Origin: a virus
Taxonomy: Duplodnaviria; Caudoviricetes
Virus record (IMG/VR): IMGVR_UViG_3300032312_001125
Coordinates: 1 to 25,638 of that record
Length of the DNA: 25,638 bases
Strand: one strand, 5' to 3'
Every line of letters starts with the position of its first letter. Within the stretch, counting starts at the first letter, position 1. The notes below the pieces were generated by a model. That model was given only the letters and a program-made list of their open reading frames with translations. It did no database searches and had not been told where the DNA came from. Shown here piece by piece: positions 16,010 to 24,019 of this stretch. The position numbers and the translations under genes are program-made.

Positions 16010-17661
16010 TGGCCATGAACATGGATGCCTTGCTCAGAATCGCCACCAAGGTCATCGGCGGCGAGCAGATCACAGCGCTGCAAGGCAAGTTCAAGCAGGT
16101 GGAGGGTGCCGCGCACAACCTCACCAGCAGGATTGGCCCGTTGAGTGGGGCCCTGGGTGCATTGGCACCGGTGGCCACCGTGAGCGGACTGGCGGCGTTG
16201 GTAAGCAGGACGATTGATGTAGGCGACAAATTTAACGACCTCAGCCAGCGCACCGGCGTGACCGTGGAATCCCTGGCCCGATTCAACAAAGCAGCTGTCA
16301 CCAGCGGCACCGACATCGACAGCGTGGCCAAGGCGCTTGGCAGGCTCAGCAAGGGCATGTACGAAGCCGCTGAGACCGGCAAGGGTCCCACAGCTAATGC
16401 CCTGAGGACGCTGGGGGTGAGCGCTAAGGATGCAGCCGGCAACCTGAAGACCGCCGATCAGGTGACATTGGAAATTGCCAATAAGTTTAAGACCATGCCC
16501 GACGGCGTGGAGAAAACAGCCCTGGCAATGCAGCTCTTTGGCAAAGCGGGAGACAAAATGATCCCGATGCTGAACCAAGGCGGCGCGGCGATTGAATCCT
16601 TAAGCGTCAAGATGACCGGCGCTTTTGCAGAAAAAGCCGACGAATATAACGACAAGCTGGCTATGTTGGGCGGCAAGGTTGGCGCCTTGGCGACTGGGAT
16701 CACCGTGGCATTACTGCCGGCGCTTGACGCCATTGTGACTGTGCTCACGACGGTGGTTGACAGTTTCGCTGGCTTGCCCGAGCCCATTCAGGCAACCGTC
16801 GGCGGCTTGGCATTGTTGGCGATCGGCTTTACAGTTTTGATTCCTTTAGTCCAAACAGCGGTTGCAATATTGACCGTTTTCAAGGGGCTGGCGATTGGTG
16901 CAACCATCACCGGCTGGCTTGGCGCACTGGGGCCACTGCTCGCGGGGCTGGGCACGTTTACGACCGCCATTGTTGGCTGGCCGCTGGCGATTGCTGCCGC
17001 TTTGGCGGCTGTGGGTGTGCTAATCTATGCCTTCCGCGATGACATTGGCAAGGTGGTTGGCGCTATTGGCGAAACCATCTACAACGCCGTGGACACAGTG
17101 AACAAAACTATTCGGACCGGCATTACCGCGATCTGGGATTGGGCAAGCTCTGCTGTGAGCAATGTGGCCAACGCATTGGCCAAGCCATTCGAGATAGCCG
17201 CCAACACCATCAGAAACGTGTTTCGCAGCGTGCTTCAGTTTGTAGCCGACAGAGTAAACATTGCTGCAGCGCTGGTTAATAACATTATCGATGGATACAA
17301 CAGGATTCCTGCCCTGCCCGACCTGCCGCGGATTCCGATAGTTCAAGTCCCCAGCTTTGAAGGCGGCGGCTACACCGGCAGCGCCCCGCGCTCTGGAGGC
17401 CTCGACAACAAGGGCGGCTTCATGGCGATGCTGCACCCGAGAGAAACCGTGATCGACCACACAAGGGCCGGGGCTCGCGGCGGGAGCACCACTCCCACCA
17501 GCATCAGCATCCCTATCCAGACCGGCCCCGTCTATCGGCTGCCCGACGGCACCGACACGGTGAGCATGCAGGACTTCCAAGCCGGCATGCAGGCCCTGGC
17601 ATCCGGGATCCTGGGGCAACTGGGCACCCCGGCTGGGCGCATGGCACTAAGGGGGGCCTGA
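16009..17661 (+). CDS. Tail tape measure protein
   Basis: Ala/Gly-rich helical protein, LSQRTGVTVESL, AMQLFGKAG, hydrophobic middle, FEGGGYTG...LHPRETV C-terminal motif. Confidence 0.92.
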   Translation: MAMNMDALLRIATKVIGGEQITALQGKFKQVEGAAHNLTSRIGPLSGALGALAPVATVSGLAALVSRTIDVGDKFNDLSQRTGVTVESLARFNKAAVTSGTDIDSVAKALGRLSKGMYEAAETGKGPTANALRTLGVSAKDAAGNLKTADQVTLEIANKFKTMPDGVEKTALAMQLFGKAGDKMIPMLNQGGAAIESLSVKMTGAFAEKADEYNDKLAMLGGKVGALATGITVALLPALDAIVTVLTTVVDSFAGLPEPIQATVGGLALLAIGFTVLIPLVQTAVAILTVFKGLAIGATITGWLGALGPLLAGLGTFTTAIVGWPLAIAAALAAVGVLIYAFRDDIGKVVGAIGETIYNAVDTVNKTIRTGITAIWDWASSAVSNVANALAKPFEIAANTIRNVFRSVLQFVADRVNIAAALVNNIIDGYNRIPALPDLPRIPIVQVPSFEGGGYTGSAPRSGGLDNKGGFMAMLHPRETVIDHTRAGARGGSTTPTSISIPIQTGPVYRLPDGTDTVSMQDFQAGMQALASGILGQLGTPAGRMALRGA

Positions 17662-18122
17662 TGACCACCCGCGGGCAGGCTGCATTCCTGGAGATCGGCG
17701 ACGGGTTTGGCTCGATCTCCAGCCGCTGGCAATCGTATTGGATTGATCAGGTGGTGAGCTGGGACGGAGCCTCGTGGGCCTATCAGCAGCTGGATTGGGC
17801 GGGGCTCATCAGCGGCCAGGCGGTGGGGGATCAGGCCAGCATCACCCTGCCGGCGGTGCCATCGGTGCTTCAGCTGACTGAGCGGGCGCTGGCGGGCGCA
17901 TGGGTGGCCCGGCTGCGAGTGATTCAGTTTGACGAGTCGTTGGCCTCCACCCCGCCAATCACCTACACCCTGGCGGCCAGTTGCCTGGGCCAGGTGGTCG
18001 GGGCCTCCGGCACCCTGACGCAGATCACCTGGCGGCTGGGCTCTGCTCTCTCGCCGATAGGGGCGCAATTCCCGCCGGTGACGGCTACCACGGCGCTGAT
18101 TGGGGTGCCCTGCCGGCTATGA
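17661..18122 (+). CDS. Minor tail / tail-tip protein
   Basis: 153 aa, coupled to both neighbours, directly after the tape measure gene. Confidence 0.65.
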   Translation: MTTRGQAAFLEIGDGFGSISSRWQSYWIDQVVSWDGASWAYQQLDWAGLISGQAVGDQASITLPAVPSVLQLTERALAGAWVARLRVIQFDESLASTPPITYTLAASCLGQVVGASGTLTQITWRLGSALSPIGAQFPPVTATTALIGVPCRL

Positions 18123-19786
18123 CTTTCAGCGTTAAGGGCAACGGGAAAGACCCAAACCTGAATGACCCCAAAACCGGGAGGCCCCTCAACAGGCCTAAAT
18201 CGACATCGGCTGGGGCGATCTTCACAGGTGCCGGCATTGCCAAGGCAGCGATCCCGGCCGCTGCTGCTGCTCAATCTGGAGACCTGCCTCCGCCCGCCAA
18301 CGTCGCAGCGGCAGCCGGCAACTCGCCCTTGCAAGTGCCACAGGAGGCCATGGTCGTGGGCGAACCGATCCCGGTAATCTGGGGCCGGCGGCGCGGCAAC
18401 GTGGGCGGCGTTCTGGTGTTTCCCCGGGCCACCGAGGCCAGGTTCGAGAACACGGCCACGACGGTCACCAGCCGCTATCACATGGTGCTTGGGGATGGGC
18501 GCATCCCTGATATTCAACGCCGGGACGTGCGGCTGGGCGAATGCCGAATCGGCTCGTTCTCCCAGAACTACAACCAGCGTGCCGGATCGTGGGCCCCCGG
18601 CAACCTTGCCACTGCACAGACTGGTTATACCGTTCCGACGTTTTCAAACTATACAGGAGGCGGCGGCAATTATCAGGGTCTGTCTACCTTTGAGGCTGGT
18701 GTTACAGTTCCTGGCGGGTCTGATGATTGGCGTACCGGCTGGAACGTTTTCCTGAGAGGCGGCACGATCGTGGAGCGCGGGCGGCTGCTGGATTCCACGG
18801 TAGACAGCTCCGACAACATCGCCGACCTAGCGCTTTGGGCCTTGCAGCGAAGCGGCCAAGTGCCGGACGCGATGATCGATTTCCCGAGCTTTATTGCTGC
18901 CGCCCAGTTCACCGAAGCCAACGGCCTTTGGTGCAATGGCGAGTTTAAAGACCCCGCAAACCTGGGAGATTGGCTGATCAAGATCCTGCCTGACTTCCTG
19001 TTGCGTGAGACGAGGGTGGGCGGCAAGTTCGGTCTTCGACCGCTGGTGGCCACAAATGGCGACGGGACAATCAAGACGACGGCAATTACGCCAGATCACA
19101 TCCTCACCGAGGCGAACATCAAGCCCCAGTCCTATTCGATCATATGGAGCGGTGCAGCCGCCAGCAAGCCTACCCCGCTGGCGATGCTCTGGCGGCAACA
19201 GCACGACGCCGCAGACGTTCCGATTGTGCGCACACTGCCTGTAGGCGATCCCAACGCAGCGGGGCCACCCGAGCAGCATGATCTGTCGCAGTTCGCTACC
19301 ACCGAAAACCACGCGGCCAAGGTCGGGGTCTACCGGTTCACGCGCCGCACCCTCTCGACCCATTCTGCCACGGTGGCGCTGAAGCCTGGCACACAGACCG
19401 GGAACATCACAGAGGGTGACATTGTTCAAATCTATCTGCTGGTAACGTCAAACAGGGAGCAAGTGTCGGTTATCAATAAGTGGTACACAGTAGAATCAAT
19501 CGGCCATAATCTTATCGGCGAAGAAACACTAAACCTTAGTCACTTTCCGGTTTACTTCAGCGGTCAGAGTCACATCGCCTTGGCGGTTTCCGTCGCCACC
19601 GGCGAAGGGATCATTCTCAGCAGCAACAGAACCGGCAGCAACTGTGACCTAGCCGGAGCTGCAACGGACACCAGCGTGCCGGCCAAGAGCACCAGTGGAA
19701 CGCCGATCGCCACCGGTGCTGGCGGCGGCGTGGATCCCTACGGCACCGGCGGCCCGCCTATGGACTCACCGCCCCCGCCTCCCTGA
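18119..19786 (+). CDS. Tail tip / hub protein (host-specificity J-like)
   Basis: VGEPIPVIWGRR, SDNIADL, GKFGLRP, EGDIVQI motifs; start at ATG 18119 (ATGA overlap). Confidence 0.75.
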   Translation: MTFSVKGNGKDPNLNDPKTGRPLNRPKSTSAGAIFTGAGIAKAAIPAAAAAQSGDLPPPANVAAAAGNSPLQVPQEAMVVGEPIPVIWGRRRGNVGGVLVFPRATEARFENTATTVTSRYHMVLGDGRIPDIQRRDVRLGECRIGSFSQNYNQRAGSWAPGNLATAQTGYTVPTFSNYTGGGGNYQGLSTFEAGVTVPGGSDDWRTGWNVFLRGGTIVERGRLLDSTVDSSDNIADLALWALQRSGQVPDAMIDFPSFIAAAQFTEANGLWCNGEFKDPANLGDWLIKILPDFLLRETRVGGKFGLRPLVATNGDGTIKTTAITPDHILTEANIKPQSYSIIWSGAAASKPTPLAMLWRQQHDAADVPIVRTLPVGDPNAAGPPEQHDLSQFATTENHAAKVGVYRFTRRTLSTHSATVALKPGTQTGNITEGDIVQIYLLVTSNREQVSVINKWYTVESIGHNLIGEETLNLSHFPVYFSGQSHIALAVSVATGEGIILSSNRTGSNCDLAGAATDTSVPAKSTSGTPIATGAGGGVDPYGTGGPPMDSPPPPP

Positions 19787-19788
19787 GC

Positions 19789-20820
19789 ATGGCCACTTTC
19801 CCCTCCCTGATTCCATCCGAGGCGCCGATTACTCCCGGCGCATGGCCCACCACGCCGCACCTGAGCCTCAACGGTGCTGAGGCTCGGGTTCGCCACGGGT
19901 CGGCCCAGATCGGTGGCCGCTGGAGTCCGTCATTTGTGAACATTACAGAGGCCGACTTCCTGGCGATCCTGAACCACTACCGAGGCCAGCGCAGCGGCTT
20001 CGATTCGTTCGGGTTCAGCACCACCACGCTGGCCGCCGATCGCACGCCGGCCGGGTTTGCCTGGCTCTATGCCGGGCCGCCCGAAGTGGTGGACCAGCAT
20101 GTTGATTGCTTCACGGTGCAGTGTCAGTTCAGGTGCGAGCCTCGGGGGCTGGTGGTGGCGCAGGGGAAGGCATGGCGGACGCCGACCACGACATTTAATC
20201 CAGGCAACCCAGTGGGACCAGCGCCTACCAAGTCGGTGGTGTTTGGATTTCCTACGGCTCCTGTCGTAGGAACAAGTGAATTCAAAGTAAACGATGGCCC
20301 CTATGTTCTGGGCTATCATTTTGTCACGGAATTAGATCGGCGGCTCACTCGTATTGGCATATACAAGCCAACGCAAGCTAATGAGTCTACGACCCCTCGT
20401 GTCAACCAGCCGTCAGCCTTGAATCACTCAGTTGGCATCTGGGACTTCACTAACGGGGGGAGCCCTGTTCTTATTTGGCAGCAGGATTTTATGGCATCGT
20501 CCCCTTGCGTCGCAGATACTACCTCAACAGTCGCGCCGTATTACTGCTGGTTCGACATTACTGGTGGGCCAACTTTAGACGCAGACGTTGACTACGTTGT
20601 AGCCGCTACCTGGGACGAGCTTTCCCCAGTTAGCGTGCCAAGGGAAGGCGTGGATCTTATTATTGATAGTTTCAAACTAAACGAAACAGCGGCCACGCAG
20701 CAAGGGGCCGTGCCGGATATGCTGATTGATCTTGATTCTGAAACATACTACGCTCCCACTATCAGTACGGCACCTCAAAAGGGGTTTTTGACTGTAAACA
20801 TGGAACTGGAACTAGTGTAA
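19789..20820 (+). CDS. Distal-tail (gpM/Dit-like) domain fused to a lower-GC beta-sandwich domain (DUF4082-like)
   Basis: MATFPSLIP...F.NITEAD...ILNHY.GQ...FDSF N-terminus; YVLGYHF...TRIGIY...HSVGIWD C-terminus. Confidence 0.6.
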   Translation: MATFPSLIPSEAPITPGAWPTTPHLSLNGAEARVRHGSAQIGGRWSPSFVNITEADFLAILNHYRGQRSGFDSFGFSTTTLAADRTPAGFAWLYAGPPEVVDQHVDCFTVQCQFRCEPRGLVVAQGKAWRTPTTTFNPGNPVGPAPTKSVVFGFPTAPVVGTSEFKVNDGPYVLGYHFVTELDRRLTRIGIYKPTQANESTTPRVNQPSALNHSVGIWDFTNGGSPVLIWQQDFMASSPCVADTTSTVAPYYCWFDITGGPTLDADVDYVVAATWDELSPVSVPREGVDLIIDSFKLNETAATQQGAVPDMLIDLDSETYYAPTISTAPQKGFLTVNMELELV

Positions 20821-20853
20821 TGGCCTATCTTGCGTGCCCGCACCATTTCCCAA

Positions 20854-20864
20854 TGCCTAGCCTG
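20854..20864 (+). promoter_or_regulatory. Putative late promoter TGCCTAGCCTG, copy 5
   Basis: TAGCCT at 20858-20863 in the intergenic gap before ATG 20886; inverted repeat AGCCTG-TGTT-CAGGCT. Confidence 0.65.
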
Positions 20865-20885
20865 TGTTCAGGCTGCCGAGGCTGA

Positions 20886-21311
20886 ATGGCGAGCATCATC
20901 TACGACAGCTTCCTGGCCGACGTGTTCAGCGGAGCCGCTAACACCTCGCACAGCTACAAAGGCATGCTGGTGACCTCTGGCTATGTCGAGAACCGGGCCA
21001 CGCACTCAAAACGCAGCAGCATTACCAATCAGGTGACTGGCACCGGATATACCGCCGGGGGCGTGGCGCTCACCCTCACGGCAAGCCTGAACACGACCAC
21101 GCACATCCTGACCCTCACGATCCCGGCCGCTACCTGGGCCAGCAGCACCATCACGGCGCGGAAACTGATCGTCTACAGGGCCCGCGGCGGCGCCAGCAGC
21201 GCCGATGAGCTGGTGTGTTGCATCGACAATGGCGCCGATCTGGTGAGCAGCTCCAGCACCATGACCTGGAACGCCAGTACCTGGGAGATCCCCCTGCCAC
21301 CTCCCCTCTGA
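20886..21311 (+). CDS. Virion structural (minor tail) protein
   Basis: MASIIYDSF...ITNQVTGTGYTAGG...TITAR...ADELV pattern seen in tail-module proteins. Confidence 0.7.
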   Translation: MASIIYDSFLADVFSGAANTSHSYKGMLVTSGYVENRATHSKRSSITNQVTGTGYTAGGVALTLTASLNTTTHILTLTIPAATWASSTITARKLIVYRARGGASSADELVCCIDNGADLVSSSSTMTWNASTWEIPLPPPL

Positions 21312-21679
21312 TGGCCGCTTTCCCTTCCATCGAGCCGCTGGAGCGCTCCTACGACCTGGGGTCACATCCGATCGATGTAGCCACATTCAACAACGGCGAC
21401 GAGACCAGATTTTTGCATGGCGCTTCTGCGGTTGGTGTAGCCGTGAGCATGACCTTCCCGGCCCTGTCACTAACCAAGGCCCGTCAGATCAGCAACCATT
21501 GGGACGATCACGGCACCACCAGATTGTTTACGATTCCGGTGGAGCTTTGGCGCATGCACACCAATCGCTATGACGTGGTTCCGGTTGAAATTGCCTGGCG
21601 GTGGGCCGGTGCTCCCACGGAAACGCTCCGAGACGGAGGCCTGTACGACGTGTCCGTTTCTTTGATCTCTGTTGCGTGA
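21311..21679 (+). CDS. Second gpM/Dit-like minor tail protein
   Basis: MAAFPSIEP...HWDDHG...WRWAGAP...YDVSVSL parallels the N-terminus of 19789..20820; TGATG overlap. Confidence 0.65.
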   Translation: MAAFPSIEPLERSYDLGSHPIDVATFNNGDETRFLHGASAVGVAVSMTFPALSLTKARQISNHWDDHGTTRLFTIPVELWRMHTNRYDVVPVEIAWRWAGAPTETLRDGGLYDVSVSLISVA

Positions 21680-21683
21680 TCCC

Positions 21684-22412
21684 ATGACCAACACCACCGC
21701 ATCAGTCCGTGCAGCTGTCGAGCACGCCGTCAAGGCTGGCAAGCTGGAGCCCCATCAGCTGGCTGCGTTCTCGGCTCTGGATCGGGCACTGACCCCTGAG
21801 CAGCGCCAGGGTTTTACCGTGGACTGGAGGTCCACGGGAAGCCCGGCGGCGCCGGTGCCTGTGGCCTCGCCGCCGGCCGAGCCCCAGCGTGTTGGCCTAG
21901 TGGGGCCAACGCGGCGACCCGACCTCAAACCCGGCGATCATCACCTCGTGATGGATGACCGGGCCGAAACCATCGCAGCCTTTGATCACAAGGGCCACCA
22001 GCTGTGGAAAGTGGCGGCACTGGCGCGGGGGCAGTCAACCGAGACGGACTGGAGGTCTCGCAGCAGCGATACCCCGCCGGGGCTGTATCGCGTCGGCGCT
22101 ATCTATCGGGATTACGAGGCTGATCCGAGCACCACGTTCTCAGTTGAGCGCCGTTCCTATGGCTGGTACTCGTTTGACCTGGAGGGGCTGGAAGGGCAGG
22201 AAGGGCCGGGCAGCCGGGACGGTCGGGACGGGATCATGATTCATGGTGGTGGCACTGCCTGCGGGTGGCCTGGCGCCTGGCTGCCGCTGCAGCCGCTCCA
22301 CCCAACGCTTGGGTGTATCCGGATGCACAACAAAGACCTTAGAGATCGAGTGCTTCCCCTGGCTCAGATGGGGGCCCTCTACGTGTCGGTCTGGCAAGAG
22401 GCTGGGCGCTGA
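21684..22412 (+). CDS. Putative endolysin with L,D-transpeptidase (YkuD) catalytic domain
   Basis: DTPPGLY, GIMIHGG and TLGCIRMHNKDL His/Cys motifs; N-terminal PHQLAA helical domain and Pro-rich linker; follows the tail module. Confidence 0.8.
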   Translation: MTNTTASVRAAVEHAVKAGKLEPHQLAAFSALDRALTPEQRQGFTVDWRSTGSPAAPVPVASPPAEPQRVGLVGPTRRPDLKPGDHHLVMDDRAETIAAFDHKGHQLWKVAALARGQSTETDWRSRSSDTPPGLYRVGAIYRDYEADPSTTFSVERRSYGWYSFDLEGLEGQEGPGSRDGRDGIMIHGGGTACGWPGAWLPLQPLHPTLGCIRMHNKDLRDRVLPLAQMGALYVSVWQEAGR

Positions 22413-22567
22413 CGCTGGCCCCAGCGCCGCATCAGCTCCAGCCTGCTGCGATCCCGCAGGCACCCAGCGGCCGCGCAGAGTTCCCAGCAGCAACCGCCCG
22501 CCTCGTCCACGCTGGCCCGCAGGGTGGCGTCATCAGACTGAGGAGGCTGAGCTGCTGCGGTGGTCAT
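22379..22567 (-). CDS. Possible small Cys-rich protein (MTTAAAQPP...GGCCWELCAAAGCLRDRS...)
   Basis: Fills the otherwise empty gap between the lysin and the NblA-like gene; four clustered Cys. Confidence 0.35.
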   Translation of the reverse strand: MTTAAAQPPQSDDATLRASVDEAGGCCWELCAAAGCLRDRSRLELMRRWGQRQRPASCQTDT

Positions 22568-22838
22568 GGAAAATTGGTGGCTGAACACTCAACTCAGTCT
22601 GAGCGGGGAGCTGGAGCTGGAAAGGGCCCGGCGGGCAATTCCCCGAATGCATCGGCATGATCTTGAGGCGCGGCTGGATTCGTCGCTGGTGCACCTCACC
22701 ACCATGGACCACCTGCTTCGCCAGGCCCTGGCCCGCGTGCAGGAGCTGGAGCTGCGCGAGATCGTCAACCAACCGCCAACCGATCGGCACCATCAGTGGT
22801 CGGCTGAGGTGCGGGAGCGGTTGGGGTTGGGAGAGTGA
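22566..22838 (+). CDS. Helical protein, putative divergent NblA-like phycobilisome degradation adaptor
   Basis: LSLSGELELERARRAIPRMHRHDLEARLDSSLVHLTTMDHLLRQAL aligns by eye without gaps to the NblA core; start at 22560 (GTG) or 22566. Confidence 0.5.
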   Translation: MENWWLNTQLSLSGELELERARRAIPRMHRHDLEARLDSSLVHLTTMDHLLRQALARVQELELREIVNQPPTDRHHQWSAEVRERLGLGE

Positions 22839-23685
22839 GACTCAATTGGCAGCAATCTTCCGGCCGCCATGGGGTCAACGTGGGCGCCAACGGCACTTCC
22901 CGTCGCATCTTCGCCATCGCCTGGGCCAGGATCAGCTTGACCCTTGGGATGGAGACGAAAGATCGAGGCGGGACCGTTGCCAGCGCAGCCAGTTGGGCAA
23001 GAGTCAAAGGCGGGCCGTCCAGCCCCCAGCGCTTCACAATCAGCCGCTGCTCAATCAGATCTAGGCGCGCCAGCCGCGCTTCCAGCTCGTCGAGATCAAA
23101 GCCCGCCTCTGGCTCTGCAGCGGCCAGAATGTCGATCAGCGTTGAGAGGTTGCCGTCACGATCTCCGGGAACCGGAGAATCCAGCGACAGCAGCGACGCT
23201 GTGGCCAGGGCGGCTTCCAGGTTGGCAGGAGAACACGTCCCGTTGCGCCGTCCCCGCACGGCGGCATGGGCGGGAGCAGGCAAATAGATGGCGTTTTCAG
23301 CAAGCTCTCCAGCGTCAATCTGCTGCCGAATCCACCAATAGGCGTAGGTGGAGAAGGTGTAACCCCTGGCGGGATCAAACTTTTCAACGGCTCGCGCCAG
23401 CCCGATCGTGCCGTTTTGGAGCCGATCAGCCAACGGTGCCCGGTGGCTGTGGCGCTTTGTGGCAACGCAAACCACTAGGCGCAGATTGGCTGACACCATC
23501 CGATTGCGGGCTCGGAGCCCCCGGCGGCGGACCGCTTCAGGGGCATGATCAGGACTGGGCTCCCAGTCCTGCCACCGGCGGACTATGCCGCCGAGGTGAA
23601 TCGCCTCGGCGGGGGTCAGCATTGCAACCCGGCCGGCCTGTGCCAGCCAGTGGGTAACAATGTCGTCGCCGCTGGTTGAGGCCAA
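22765..23685 (-). CDS. Phage RNA polymerase sigma70 factor (RpoD/group 2-like, cyanobacterial type)
   Basis: Region 1.2 WLAQAGRVAMLTPAE; region 2 ANLRLVV...GLARAVEKFDPARGYTFSTYAYWWIRQQI; LSLD; region 4 RWGLDG.PLTL; TTG start. Confidence 0.92.
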   Translation of the reverse strand: MASTSGDDIVTHWLAQAGRVAMLTPAEAIHLGGIVRRWQDWEPSPDHAPEAVRRRGLRARNRMVSANLRLVVCVATKRHSHRAPLADRLQNGTIGLARAVEKFDPARGYTFSTYAYWWIRQQIDAGELAENAIYLPAPAHAAVRGRRNGTCSPANLEAALATASLLSLDSPVPGDRDGNLSTLIDILAAAEPEAGFDLDELEARLARLDLIEQRLIVKRWGLDGPPLTLAQLAALATVPPRSFVSIPRVKLILAQAMAKMRREVPLAPTLTPWRPEDCCQLSLTLPTPTAPAPQPTTDGADRLAVG

Positions 23686-23688
23686 GCT

Positions 23689-23844
23689 TCAGGGCGGCGA
23701 GGGAAGCGCCAATATCGCCGCCACGGCCAGGCCGATGGCCAGAAACAACGCCGCAGGGCTGGAGTGAAACAGCAGGGCTACCGCTAAAGCAGTCATGGCC
23801 AGCAGAATGGCCATAGCGAACTGCTTCGCATACTCGTCATACAT
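23689..23844 (-). CDS. Small two-TM membrane protein (51 aa)
   Basis: MYDEYAKQFAMAILLAMTALAVALLFHSSPAALFLAIGLAVAAILALPSPP; AGGAGG 8 nt upstream of the ATG. Confidence 0.7.
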   Translation of the reverse strand: MYDEYAKQFAMAILLAMTALAVALLFHSSPAALFLAIGLAVAAILALPSPP

Positions 23845-24019
23845 GGCGATTGCCTCCTGTGAACATTCGGAGCAGTCGGGCAGCGGCTTTGCCTGCCCAG
23901 GTTGAGGGGATCGGCAATCGCCAATAGCCCTCGCGCAGGCACCGCCGTTGGTAGGCGGCTTCCATCTCTGGGGAGACGATCTCCGCGTCGGCGCCATTGG
24001 GACGGATGGGGTCACGCAT
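23837..24019 (-). CDS. Hypothetical protein (60 aa)
   Basis: Start at ATG 24019; 8-nt overlaps with both neighbours. Confidence 0.55.
   Translation of the reverse strand: MRDPIRPNGADAEIVSPEMEAAYQRRCLREGYWRLPIPSTWAGKAAARLLRMFTGGNRHV

Noticed and set aside
16009-17661. Tape measure as truncated or pseudogene because it is only 550 aa
   Set aside because: Has typical N- and C-terminal motifs and coupled neighbours; simply implies a fairly short tail
17981-18118. Long upstream extensions in the ORF track (also 12726, 21215, 1695, 24051, 24190)
   Set aside because: They overlap upstream genes extensively; downstream ATGs give typical coupled or adjacent starts
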